A stretch of 64,000 nucleotides of DNA from an uncultured delta proteobacterium (GTDB lineage: Bacteria > Desulfobacterota > Binatia > DP-6). The notes under the pieces were generated by a model. That model made no database searches and had not been told where the DNA came from. It saw only the letters and a program-made list of their open reading frames with translations. The stretch's first letter is position 1; each line of letters begins with the position of its first letter. The stretch covers positions 6,500-70,499 of the forward strand of contig CAWESA010000010.1 of NCBI GenBank assembly GCA_963811605.1. The letters are read 5' to 3'. Both the position numbers and the translations under genes were made by a program. This document shows positions 17,326-29,943 of the stretch, in pieces.

Positions 17326-18414
17326 TCAGCCCTTGCGCCCGCGCTTCTCGCCGCTCGCCTTGCGGCGATTCGTGAAGCGCGCGTTGCCGAGACCGGTCCC
17401 GATCGTCAGCACGCCCCAGCGCTCGTAGTCGCGCATGAAGGGCAGCTCGCTGAGGCCCTGCAGGACCGCGTCGTTGTGCATCACGACCAGCGTCTCGTGG
17501 TCGCCGATCTCGGGGATGGCCTCGCGGATGCAGGCCGGCAGGTTGAAGCGGCTGCTCTCCCAGTTGCCGGGCAGGTTCTGCGCCCCCTCCTCGATCGACC
17601 CGTTCTCGTCGATGCGACCCGGACAGCCGACGCCGATCACCGGCGCGAGCGCGAGCTTCGCCTTGCCGGCACGACCGATCAGCTCCTGCAGCATCTCGAC
17701 GAGCCGCTCGACCGCCGCATCGCGCTTGGTCGTCTCGTCGCCGTGTCGCCACAGGTCGGACTTCCACACCTGCGCCTTCGACAGATCGTCCGCCTTGGCG
17801 AGGTGGCTCTCCACGACGCCGACGCGGATGTTCGTACCGCCGATGTCCACCGCCAGGATGCCGTCGTAGCCCTCGATCATCCAGGACGGCATCAGGTGCA
17901 CCGCGCCGATCAGCCCGGCCTCGTCGGGATTGGTGCGGATGGGGTGAAACTCGAGCGCCAGGCCGTCGGCCTTGAGCAGCACGGCCGTGCGACCGACGGC
18001 CAGCTCGCCCACGCGGCTGGCGCGAAACCCGCCACCGATCACGATGCCTTCGGTGTCCTTCCAGCCCTTCGCCTTGAGAAAGCGGCGGATCACCGTCCGG
18101 AGCTCCTGGGCGAAGCCCTCGACCGCGCTGTGCACCAGCCCGGCGGCCTCCGGATCGCCCTCCGCGAGCAGCTGATCGAGCTTCTTCTTGCCGACCTCCC
18201 TGGACGGCGTCTCGCCGAGCGGGTCCGCGTCCATCTCGCGCAGCGGCTCGCGCCACTGGTCGAGGATGTCGAAGAACGCCCCCTTGGAGGCGCGGTCGCC
18301 GACGAACCCGTCGTCGTCCTCGATCGCCAGGTTGTAGCTGTCCACCTCGACGGCAGGCAGGCGCGTGCTTCCATGGGCCGGGAGCGGCGAGTCTCGTCGT
18401 GCGCGGTCAGCCAT
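17326..18414 (-). CDS. ROK/glucokinase-like actin-fold sugar kinase with apparently permuted motif order
   Basis: Contains the ROK N-terminal phosphate-1 motif ILAVDIGGTNIRVGVV, connect-1 VMHNDAVLQGLSE and phosphate-2 LTIGTGLGNARF. The adenosine/connect-2-like motifs (GIVIGGGFRASRV, DEAGLIGAVHL) lie upstream of them in the same frame. Start proposed at ATG 18414 (MADRARR...). The first ~125 codons of the listed ORF look non-coding. Confidence 0.55.
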   Translation of the reverse strand: MADRARRDSPLPAHGSTRLPAVEVDSYNLAIEDDDGFVGDRASKGAFFDILDQWREPLREMDADPLGETPSREVGKKKLDQLLAEGDPEAAGLVHSAVEGFAQELRTVIRRFLKAKGWKDTEGIVIGGGFRASRVGELAVGRTAVLLKADGLALEFHPIRTNPDEAGLIGAVHLMPSWMIEGYDGILAVDIGGTNIRVGVVESHLAKADDLSKAQVWKSDLWRHGDETTKRDAAVERLVEMLQELIGRAGKAKLALAPVIGVGCPGRIDENGSIEEGAQNLPGNWESSRFNLPACIREAIPEIGDHETLVVMHNDAVLQGLSELPFMRDYERWGVLTIGTGLGNARFTNRRKASGEKRGRKG

Positions 18415-19306
18415 CCCGCCCGGGTGTAGCATCGCGCCGCGCTGGCGCCAGCGGGGTCGCTGCGGGATCAGGCGGGATGCTCGACCTGGAACAGCGACCA
18501 CTCGCGGTCCAGCGATACGTCGGCTGCCTGACCGGACCGTCCGACCTGTCCACCAACAAGAGACATCTCGCGACGCTGGGCCGGCGGCGTCGCCCGTGAG
18601 GACCATCCTCGACACGGGCCCGCTGGTCGCGCTGCTCAATCGGAGGGATCGAGTATCATTCCTGGGCCACGAGGGCGTTCGTCTCGCCGACGCCTGCGTC
18701 GTCAGGATGAGCGAGCTCGCGCGGAGCTGCCGGGTGCTCACCCTCGATCGGCGCGGCTTCTCGTTCTTCCGGCGGAACGGTCGTGACGTCATCCCCCTGC
18801 TGGCCCCGACGGGTGACCGGCTCCGCGTCCTGCCCGGACTGCACGACAGGGGCGGTCGTCACCAGGAGGCGCCGTCTCAGGACCGGCGCGTAGCGGGCCA
18901 CCCCGAAGACGGCGGCATCGCCCGCCGCCCCGGTGAGCTCGACGACCCGCAGGCCGACCCCGTCGAGCACGGCGCCGTCGCGCATGAACCGGGCGATCCG
19001 GTCGCCGCCGGCCGGTCGCGACCGGAGGTCGCGCAGCCAGGGATGCGCCGCGGCGAGCGCCTTGCGCAGCGCGGGCGAGTGCCCGGCGTCCCCGGAGCGA
19101 GACGCGGCGACGGCTCGCTCGACGAGGCGGTGGGGCCCCGCGAGCACCCCCGTACCTCCGCCGCCCGCCGCCACCGGCGACACGCGAGGACCTTGCAGCC
19201 GAACAGGGGACGGGACGCGTCGCGTGCCGGCCAGTCGATGTGCCACTGTGCGCGAGGGACGTCCCACGGTGCACGCGGGTCGGGAAACGTGACGAGCGGC
19301 TCTCCC

Positions 19307-20706
19307 CTAGATGTTCAGGCTGCGCTTCAGGACGCCGAGGGCGGCTTCCCGCACCGCCTCGGGCAGCGTCGGGTGGGCGTGCACCGTGCGCGCGATGTCC
19401 TCGCTGCTGGCGCCGTACTCCATGGCGAGGACCGACTCGGCGATCAGGTCGGACGCGCGCGGGCCGAGGATGTGGACGCCGAGGACCCGGTCGGTCCTGG
19501 CGTCTGCGATCATCTTGACGGCGCCCTCGGTCTCGCCGAGGCACCTGGCGCGCGCGTTGGCCATGAAGGGGAAGGTGCCGATGTTGACGGCGAGGCCGCG
19601 CTCCTTCGCCTGCTCCTCGGTGATGCCCACGCTCGCCAGCTCGGGATGGGTGTAGACGACGTTCGGCACCAGGTCCCAGTCGACGTGCACGGGATGGCCG
19701 GCCATGCCCTCGACGGCGGCGACGGCGTCGTCCTCGGCCTTGTGGGCGAGCATCGGCCCGGCGATCACGTCGCCGACGGCGAAGATGCCCGGCACGCTGG
19801 TCTCGAGACGCTCGTTCGACGACGATGCGCCCGCGCTCGTCGTACGCGACGCCCACCTCGCGCGCGCCGAGGCCCGTCGCTGAACGCCCGGCGCCCGACC
19901 GCCACCAGCACGACGTCGGCGTCGACCACGGGCGGCTCGCCCGGGCCGGCGAGGGTCACGCGGACGCCCGATTCCGTGCGCTCCGCCGACCTGGCCTGCG
20001 TCGAGAGCCGGAACCGCATGCCCTGCTTGTCGAGCGCGCGCTGCAGCTGCCTGGCCATCGCGCCGTCGGCCCACGGCACGATGCGGTCGAGGAACTCGAC
20101 CACCAGCACCTCGGAGCCGAGCCGCCGCCACACCGAGCCCAGCTCGAGCCCCACCGCGCCGGCGCCGATGACGAGCAGGCGCTCCGGCACCCGCGACAAG
20201 GACAGCGCCTCGGTCGAGCACACGATGCGCTCGCCGTCGAAGGGCAGCCCCGGCAGCGGCGTCGGCTCGCTCCCGGTGCAGATGAGCACGCGCGCGGTCT
20301 CGAGCGCGGTCTCGCCCTCGGCGCCCGCCACCGCCACGCGATCGGCGGCGGCAATCCGTCCCGTGCCCGTGAAGCGCGCGATCTTGTGCTTCCTGAACAG
20401 ACCGGCCACGCCGTTGGTGAGCCCGTTCACGACCTTGTCCTTGCGCGCCATCATGGCGGGCAGGTCGAGCGCGACGTCGCCGACGCGCACCCCGTGCACG
20501 GCGAGGCCGTCGGTGGCGAGGTGGAAGTGCTCGCTCGAATCGAGCAGCGCCTTCGACGGGATGCAGCCCACGTTGAGGCACGTGCCGCCGAGCGGGACGT
20601 CCTTCTCCACCACGGCGACGCGCATGCCGAGCTGGGCGGCGCGGATGGCGCCCGTGTAGCCGGCCGGCCCGCCGCCGATCACGACCAGGTCGAAGCGGTC
20701 GGCCAT
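19307..20706 (-). pseudogene. lpdA: Dihydrolipoyl dehydrogenase (E3 component) interrupted by two +1 frameshifts (sequencing error or pseudogene)
   Basis: N-terminus [17 protein letters not shown]...GGTCLNVGCIPSK (FAD/redox-disulfide) in one frame. Then ...VAVGRRAFSDG | LGAREVGVAYDERGRIVV | DERLETSVPGIFAVGDVI... continues across two further frames within ~75 nt (extra G near 19880, extra A near 19830). The C-terminal interface domain is intact to the stop at 19307. The ATG overlaps the sucB stop (ATGA). Confidence 0.85.
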
Positions 20707-22016
20707 CAGACGTCGAGGAGGAGGCGGCCCGGGTCCTCCAGGCGCTCCTTCACGCGCACCAGGAACGTCACCGCCTGCTCGCCGTCGACCAGGCGGTGAT
20801 CGTACGACAGCGCGAGGTACATCATGGGCCGGATCACGATCTGGTCGTTCACCACGACGGGCCGCTTCTCGATCTTGTGCATGCCGAGGATGCCGCTCTG
20901 GGGCGGGTTCAGGATGGGCGTGGAGAGGAGCGAGCCGTAGACGCCGCCGTTCGAGATGGTGAAGGTGCCGCCCTGGAGGTCGTCGACGCCGAGCTTGCCG
21001 TCGCGCGCCAGACCGGCGAGGCGGGCGATCTCGCGCTCCAGATCGGCGAACGACATGGCGTCGGCGTTGCGCACCACCGGCACGACCAGGCCGCGGTCGG
21101 TGCCGACGGCGACGCCGAGGTTGACGTGGTGGTGGTAGACGACGTCGTCGCCGTCGATCTGCGCGTTGACGCCCGGCACCTCGGCCAGCGCCGCGATGCA
21201 GGCGCGCCCGAAGAACGACATGAAGCCGAGGCCGATGCCGTGCTTCTTCTGGAAGGCGTCCTTGTACTGGGCGCGCATCGCCATCATCGCGCTGCAGTCG
21301 AGCTCGTTGAAGGTGGTGAGGATGGCGGCCGTGTGCTGGGCCGCGACCAGGCGCTCCGCGATGCGCTTGCGGATGCGCGTCATGGCGACGCGCTCCTCGC
21401 CCGCGCCCGCCGGACGCGCCGCGGCCGGCGCGGGCGCCGCCGGTCTGGGCGCGGGGGCGGCGGCCGGCGGCGCGACCGCCTGGGGCCGGGCGGCGGCGGC
21501 CTCGGCCATCGCCTCGCGGCGCTCGAGGTGCGTCAGCACGTCGCCCTTGGTGATCCGGCCGCCCTTGCCCGAGGCCGGGATGACGCCGGCATCGAGGCCG
21601 TGCTCGTCGATCAGGTTGCGCACGGCGGGGCTCAGCGGCCCGACCGGCCGGCTCGGCGCCGGGGCCGACGCCGGAGGCGGCGGCTCGACCTCGGGCGTGG
21701 TCTCGGCGGGCTTCGGCGCCGCGGCGGGGGGCGGCGCGGCCTGCTCGGGCGCCTTCCGGGCGGCCGGAGCGGCGGCGCGCGTGTCGCCGTCCTCGATGCG
21801 GGCGACGACGTCGCCCGGCACCACCGTCGCGCCTTCCGGCTTCACGATGCGGAGCACGCCGGCGTACTCCGCCGGCAGCTCGGTGGCGGCCTTGTCGCTC
21901 TCCAGCTCGAGGATCACGTCGTCGGGGGCGACGGTGTCGCCGTCGGCCTTGGCCCAGCGGGAGATGGTGGCCTCGGTGACGGATTCGCCGAGACTCGGGA
22001 TGCGCACCTCGAACAT
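20706..22016 (-). CDS. sucB: Dihydrolipoyllysine-residue succinyltransferase (E2 of 2-oxoglutarate dehydrogenase)
   Basis: Lipoyl domain ([22 protein letters not shown]), Ala/Pro-rich linkers, E3-binding domain, and catalytic domain with DHRLVDG. Confidence 0.9.
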   Translation of the reverse strand: MFEVRIPSLGESVTEATISRWAKADGDTVAPDDVILELESDKAATELPAEYAGVLRIVKPEGATVVPGDVVARIEDGDTRAAAPAARKAPEQAAPPPAAAPKPAETTPEVEPPPPASAPAPSRPVGPLSPAVRNLIDEHGLDAGVIPASGKGGRITKGDVLTHLERREAMAEAAAARPQAVAPPAAAPAPRPAAPAPAAARPAGAGEERVAMTRIRKRIAERLVAAQHTAAILTTFNELDCSAMMAMRAQYKDAFQKKHGIGLGFMSFFGRACIAALAEVPGVNAQIDGDDVVYHHHVNLGVAVGTDRGLVVPVVRNADAMSFADLEREIARLAGLARDGKLGVDDLQGGTFTISNGGVYGSLLSTPILNPPQSGILGMHKIEKRPVVVNDQIVIRPMMYLALSYDHRLVDGEQAVTFLVRVKERLEDPGRLLLDV

Positions 22017-22028
22017 GCTCGTCCCCCG

Positions 22029-24830
<2,802 letters not shown>

Positions 24831-24898
24831 TGGATTGGGGGAACACTGTAGCGGGCGGGTGGAGCGATGGCCACAGTGCGCGAAAAAACGCTGTCAGG

Positions 24899-25210
24899 TC
24901 AGCCGTCTGACTGCTTGACGCGGCGGCGATGATAGACCCCCGCGGCGGCCAGGCAGGCCTCGAGCGCGGCCTCGGCCGTGTCGCCCTCGCCGAGCGGCCG
25001 GAAGGCCGCCGGGTCGGCGAGACTGGTGGCGACGGCGAAGAACGGCTGCGTCGAGGCACCCTTGAGCGAGCGGAAGACCTTCACCTCGTAGGCCACCTGC
25101 TCGCGGCCCTCGAAGTCGAAGGCGACCTGGCACTGGGCCACCACGATGGCGGCCTCGACCATGTGGTCGGTGAAGGTGATGCGGGTCCAGTCGAGCTCGC
25201 CGGTCATCAC
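24899..25210 (-). CDS. Hypothetical small protein (~103 aa) upstream of sucA
   Basis: Non-Arg-biased composition, unlike surrounding spurious ORFs. GTG-ATG start at 25210/25207. No recognised family. Confidence 0.4.
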   Translation of the reverse strand: MMTGELDWTRITFTDHMVEAAIVVAQCQVAFDFEGREQVAYEVKVFRSLKGASTQPFFAVATSLADPAAFRPLGEGDTAEAALEACLAAAGVYHRRRVKQSDG

Positions 25211-25234
25211 TACGCACCCAGACTACGCACCCAG
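25211..25234. repeat. Tandem 12-bp direct repeat (TACGCACCCAGA + CTACGCACCCAG) immediately 5' of the 24899..25210 gene
   Basis: Read directly in the sequence: tacgcacccagactacgcacccag. Confidence 0.6.
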
Positions 25235-25425
25235 GGCATGGTCCGCCCGCCGCCGTTGCGACCGGGACCCCCGTGGTAATGCCAGTCGAGGCAGCACCCG
25301 TCCACTGTCCCTGCTCGCCTCCTTCAAGCGGTCGGGCATTCCGGAGCGACACCCTGGCGATCGGTCCTGTCAGGATCGTGCGATATCAACCAGCTGGCGC
25401 ATGGGCGGCTTGTGCGCGACCGAGC

Positions 25426-28400
25426 TTAGTCCAGGGGGGCTCCTCGACCGATCCAATCCTCGACCACACGGAATTTTGCACCACCCACTTCGAAGCCCTG
25501 CACCGTCCCGCCGCCGTGCGGCACGCGCCCCGAAGGCTTGAGGAGCAACAAGCTCGTGTCGGGTCGCGTCGGCGTCACCCGGATGCGCGCGGGTCCGTAC
25601 GCCTGTTCCGGCGTGCCGCCGAGGTCGAACCCGTTCGGCGGGGTCGGTCCGGTGTGGCAGCCGCGGCACACCTCGAGCTGGGGCGAGACATCGGCTCGAA
25701 AAGCCGATCTCACAGTTCCGGTCTGCCGCGCGAGTACTGACACGAACGTTCGATCCGTGCCGGCGGTACCGAGCGACGGATCGCGCACGGCGAATTCGAC
25801 GGTGTGGAAACCCAGGGTCGCAGGTGCCAGTCGCGCGACAGCGTGGTCCGCGTCCGACAGCATCGGGGGCGCGCCGGCGGGGAAGGACACGATCGTCGCG
25901 GAGTGCTGCGCATCGTCGGGGAGGTTGAGGCTGAAGGAGGTATCCAGCACCGCAATGTTCCCGACGTCGACTTCACGCGGCGCGCGGACGCGCGCGATGA
26001 CGCGCCCGGGCCTCAGCTCACGTCCGCATGTGAGCAGCTCGCCGCGGGACAGGAACGTCTCGCCGGCGGACGGTTCGAGCAGATACGCGTGCGTTCTATC
26101 CGTCAGCGACAGAACTCCGGCATACGATCGACTCCGATCCAGCACTCCCCACGCGCGCCCGCCGTCGAGGCTCCGAACCGGATTTGCGGTCGACGACGAG
26201 GCGTCGGCATAGAGTACTCCGGGAGTGAACGGATCGAATGCCAGCCGCGTGAACGGCGTGAGCAGGCGCCACGTCCCGCCGCGGTCGTCGCTCCGCCACG
26301 CGGCCCGCCCCTCGGCCGGATCGTTCGAGAGGCCTTGGACGATCAGCACCTTCTCGTCGTGCGGATCTACGATGATGTTGTCGAGCAGCGCCGCCGGCTG
26401 CGTCGGGAGTGGTGTCCAGTTTGCACAGTCGGTCGTCTCTTGCGGGACGCCGTCGACGATGCCGAAGACCGTCGGAGGCTGTCCGGGTACGACGGAAGCT
26501 GGCGTGACGGCCCGCACGTTCTGGGCACAGAACGTCCAGGTGCCCTCCAGGTGGTAGAGGTCATGCTGCCCTGCGGGATCGCTGTTCTCGCGCAGCACCA
26601 GGTAGACCTGGGCCGGGGGCAGGCCGTCGGCGCTGGGGCCTATCGCGAGTTGCTCGACGAACCGTGGGGCCGGGAGGCCTTCCTCGAAGTCCGTCGTCGA
26701 CCAGTTGTTGTTCGAGCTTCGAAGGACACGGTCCGGTGTCACCAGCGCATACTTCACACGCGTGTCGAGCGGATCGAATGCCAGGGCGAGCGGGACACCC
26801 GAGGTGGGAAACCGCGTCATCGGGTTGCCCCAGCTCGCGCTGCTGGCGCCTACCGTGATCTGCCGCGCCTGGAGCTGCCCGTCGACCAGTCCTGCGGCGA
26901 GGAGGTGGGCAGGATTCCCGGGTTCGGCGGCGGCCACGGACACCACCATGCCCTTCCCCGACGCACCGAGAGACTCCCACGTGAACTCTCCCGGAAGGAC
27001 ATCACCGATGGTGGAAGGTCCCGTGCTGGAGCTCGTCCAGAATCTCTCGAAGGTGCGTCGAGCGAGCGGCATCTGACCGTCCTCGCACACCAGCTGTCGG
27101 ACGCCATTCGAGAGGAGGCGGAACTGCTCGAGCGAGTTCAGGGGTAGCGCGGTCTGCGCATGGCATCCACGACAGCCGTGGCGGATGGCGTCGTAGAGCG
27201 ACGGATCTTGCAGCCACCCGTTTGGAACGAACGATGAATCGAACGTCGTCCTCGGTAGTCCCTGGCCGCCATACCATCCCTCGATCAGCTCTTTGATCGC
27301 GGCAGAAGGCTGGTAAAGGCGCTGATCCGCGTCGAGAACCGCACGATTCAGCTCCCTGAACTGCGACTCCTGCGCGGCACGGCTGAGGTCCGGTCGGGGG
27401 GAATAGTCGAACGAATCGAGGTCGAAGGGAATGAAGCGAGCGCCGAGATTGCCCCCGGAGGGTGCGTAGCCCCCGGCCGCACGCCCGCCGTGGCAGGGAG
27501 TGCATAGCTCGGGCTGGAACTTCACGCCGCGCCCGTCGAGATCTATGCAGTCGAGCCGCGCGCCGGCGACGCCGTAGGTGAAGAACTTGATGAAGGGCTG
27601 CGCACTCGGATCGTCATCCGGCGAAGACAGCTCCATGGCGACGGTAGCCAGCAACCCCTTCTTGAGCGGATCTAGAGCCGCATCCGCGCTGCAGTAGTTC
27701 TCCACGTAGAAGGCGATTCGATGATCGTCGTCACGGCGCATCGACATGCGCCGGCCAAATCCCAGATCGTTCGCATTGACGTAGATCGCCAATGCCTGTG
27801 GTGGCCCAAACCCGTTGACCGTCCTCCAACCGTCGAGCGTCGTGCGGAGGTGATAGGGGTCGACGACGTCGTAGTAGTCCCCGGCATCGGGCGCTGGCGG
27901 GAGATCGCGGAAGGCGAAGCTGAGGAAGGAGTGGGGATCGGGAGGCAGATCGTCCGGCGCGACGTGCCCGCAGAGCGACGGCATGGTCGTGGTGGTCGTC
28001 GAGGTCGTAGTGGTCGCGACCGTCGTGGTGGTGGTGGACGGCGCCGTCGACGTCGTGGAGGTCGTGGTGGGCACGACGGTGCTGGGCGACGGTGCCGTCG
28101 TCGTCGTGGTCGCCTTGATCGTGCTGGTCGACGGCGCGATCGTCGTCGTGGCGGGTACGATCGTAGTGGGCGACGCGTCCGTCGTCGTGGTGGGGCCGGC
28201 GATGGTCGTCTGAGTGGACACGCTGGTCGAGGTGGTGGGGCGGGACGTCGACGTACTCGTCGAGGTCGTGGCCGATGTCGGCGCGCTCGTCGTGGTCGTC
28301 GTCGGAGACACCTCGGACTGGAGAACGCAGCGACAGGCGACGCACGACGAGCCCGGAGGACAGGCCGCCAGACCGGGCTCCCCGCAGGTTTCGCCCGGGT

Positions 28401-28866
28401 CGGCGGTTCCGTTGCTGCACCCCGGCGCAGGTGCAGGGCACCGGCAGCCCGCATCGCATACGTCGCCTCCCGCACACTGTCGGCCTGGCGGATCGCACTC
28501 CTCGCCACGGACAGCCGTAACGATACCGTCCCCGCACCTCGAGTCGCACGCCATGCCCCCGTCGCTGCAGCAACTCTTGCAGTCCCCGGCGAATCTGCGG
28601 CACTGCGACTTGAGCGTCCGCAACACCCGCTGACGGCATGCCCTCCTCGCATCCGCGTTGCAGTCTCGAGATGCACGCTCCCTAGCCTGCGTGATGCACG
28701 CTCGGAGCGCGCTGCGGCAATTCCTGGCACACGGACCGGGCCTCGGCACCGCGGCGGCACGCGCCGCGATGCCGGCCAGCGCGACGGCCACCAAGCACGA
28801 GGCAATTCGTGACCCGCGTGAACTGGAGGTGGACAACCTTCGCTGCCCCGTGCGTGGCCGTGGCAT
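25426..28866 (-). CDS. Large secreted multidomain protein: signal peptide, myxo-type Cys-rich repeats, Thr/Ser-rich linker, three CxxCH (PSCyt-like heme-binding) motifs, BNR/Asp-box repeats
   Basis: Start proposed at ATG 28866 (MPRPRTGQRRL...CLVAVALAGIAARAAAV). N-terminal CGDGIVTAVRGEECDPPG repeat. A ~110-aa T/S/P linker. CTPCHGG, CRGCHAQ and CRGCHTG followed by ...SLLLLKPSGRVPHGGG, reminiscent of planctomycete cytochrome c domains. SDDRGGTW and SLDGGRAW Asp-boxes. Confidence 0.8.
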   Translation of the reverse strand: MPRPRTGQRRLSTSSSRGSRIASCLVAVALAGIAARAAAVPRPGPCARNCRSALRACITQARERASRDCNADARRACRQRVLRTLKSQCRRFAGDCKSCCSDGGMACDSRCGDGIVTAVRGEECDPPGRQCAGGDVCDAGCRCPAPAPGCSNGTADPGETCGEPGLAACPPGSSCVACRCVLQSEVSPTTTTTSAPTSATTSTSTSTSRPTTSTSVSTQTTIAGPTTTTDASPTTIVPATTTIAPSTSTIKATTTTTAPSPSTVVPTTTSTTSTAPSTTTTTVATTTTSTTTTTMPSLCGHVAPDDLPPDPHSFLSFAFRDLPPAPDAGDYYDVVDPYHLRTTLDGWRTVNGFGPPQALAIYVNANDLGFGRRMSMRRDDDHRIAFYVENYCSADAALDPLKKGLLATVAMELSSPDDDPSAQPFIKFFTYGVAGARLDCIDLDGRGVKFQPELCTPCHGGRAAGGYAPSGGNLGARFIPFDLDSFDYSPRPDLSRAAQESQFRELNRAVLDADQRLYQPSAAIKELIEGWYGGQGLPRTTFDSSFVPNGWLQDPSLYDAIRHGCRGCHAQTALPLNSLEQFRLLSNGVRQLVCEDGQMPLARRTFERFWTSSSTGPSTIGDVLPGEFTWESLGASGKGMVVSVAAAEPGNPAHLLAAGLVDGQLQARQITVGASSASWGNPMTRFPTSGVPLALAFDPLDTRVKYALVTPDRVLRSSNNNWSTTDFEEGLPAPRFVEQLAIGPSADGLPPAQVYLVLRENSDPAGQHDLYHLEGTWTFCAQNVRAVTPASVVPGQPPTVFGIVDGVPQETTDCANWTPLPTQPAALLDNIIVDPHDEKVLIVQGLSNDPAEGRAAWRSDDRGGTWRLLTPFTRLAFDPFTPGVLYADASSSTANPVRSLDGGRAWGVLDRSRSYAGVLSLTDRTHAYLLEPSAGETFLSRGELLTCGRELRPGRVIARVRAPREVDVGNIAVLDTSFSLNLPDDAQHSATIVSFPAGAPPMLSDADHAVARLAPATLGFHTVEFAVRDPSLGTAGTDRTFVSVLARQTGTVRSAFRADVSPQLEVCRGCHTGPTPPNGFDLGGTPEQAYGPARIRVTPTRPDTSLLLLKPSGRVPHGGGTVQGFEVGGAKFRVVEDWIGRGAPLD
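27960..28330. repeat. Low-complexity GTCGTG/GTGGTC-rich tract encoding the Thr/Ser-rich linker of the large secreted protein
   Basis: Visible as a run of gtcgtggtggtcgtcga... units. Slippage-prone. Confidence 0.6.
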
Positions 28867-29001
28867 GAGCGAGCGACCGTAACGCAGCTCGCCACGGATC
28901 GTCAAGGAAAATATGGATAGTCAATAAGATTCTCTTGAGCAGCGTATTGATTCCATGTGTTCACACTTGCTATTCACGTGCAAGCGCATTAGGACAGGCC
29001 C

Positions 29002-29799
29002 GTGACGAGGAACCGCAGTGTGCTCGAGGACACACGAGCCAGCTCCGAACGACGCCGCTGGGTGTCGGCGCGACGGTTGGCGGGGGTCGTTGCGCTGTTC
29101 ATGGCCGGCACGCTGGTCGGGCGCCCACCGGTCTTCGCATGCGAGCTGGACGGCGTCGTCGGCCCGGGAGAAGAGTGCGACGACGGAAACGACAACGACG
29201 TCGACTGCTGCCGCAACGACTGCACGGCCAACGTCGGCGCCCCGTGCGGGCCGGGCATCACGTGTGGTGCCGATCGATGCAACGCCGCCGGCACGTGCGA
29301 GCGAGTGGCGGCGAATCGCGGCGTGGTCTGCGGGCCGGCAAGCAGTACGTGCGACCCGCCACCTCGATGCGACGGCTCGGGCACGGGGTGCCCCGCGGCA
29401 AAGACGGACAAGTCCCTCTGCGCCTGGAGCATCAAGCCAGCCGGCGACCCGCTGAGGGAGGGGATCTCCGCCCTGTGCAGCGTGCCAGACAATCTGGGTA
29501 CGTCGTCCGGCGGGACTCGCCGTTCCGACTGCGTCTGTGTGGGCAAAGAGCAGGGCGGGGGCAAGCGGCTCACGGCACGCGTGGCTCCGCGGCTCGTGGA
29601 CAAGACGGAAAGCCCCGATGGACCGCGGAAGGAGAAGAGGTTCTTCCTTCGTCTCAACGCGCGAGGCCGGCGGCTCTTGAAGCAGGGCGGAACCCTCACC
29701 GTCGAAGTGAACGCGGTCATTCACCACGGGGATACGGAGAAGGGGTCGGAGCGCAGCCCCCTCAAGAAGTTGATCATGCTGCTGCTACGGAGCAGGTGA
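29002..29799 (+). CDS. Secreted cysteine-rich protein with myxobacterial Cys-rich repeat (TIGR02232-like)
   Basis: Signal peptide (ARRLAGVVALFMAGTLVGRPPVFA), then CELDGVVGPGEECDDGNDNDVDCCRNDC ... CDGSGTGCP. Lies in the lower-GC islet. Confidence 0.7.
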   Translation: MTRNRSVLEDTRASSERRRWVSARRLAGVVALFMAGTLVGRPPVFACELDGVVGPGEECDDGNDNDVDCCRNDCTANVGAPCGPGITCGADRCNAAGTCERVAANRGVVCGPASSTCDPPPRCDGSGTGCPAAKTDKSLCAWSIKPAGDPLREGISALCSVPDNLGTSSGGTRRSDCVCVGKEQGGGKRLTARVAPRLVDKTESPDGPRKEKRFFLRLNARGRRLLKQGGTLTVEVNAVIHHGDTEKGSERSPLKKLIMLLLRSR

Positions 29800-29943
29800 A
29801 CCGCAACTGCCGGCACTTCAGACGGTCTTTCGGCCAGAACGCTCTCCAGGCGTTCACCTTTCCGAGGGAGCGGCACGGTCGTCCGCTGCACACACCTCGA
29901 GATCGGGGGAGACGACGAACATGCACACCGGCTCGAGGGAAAA

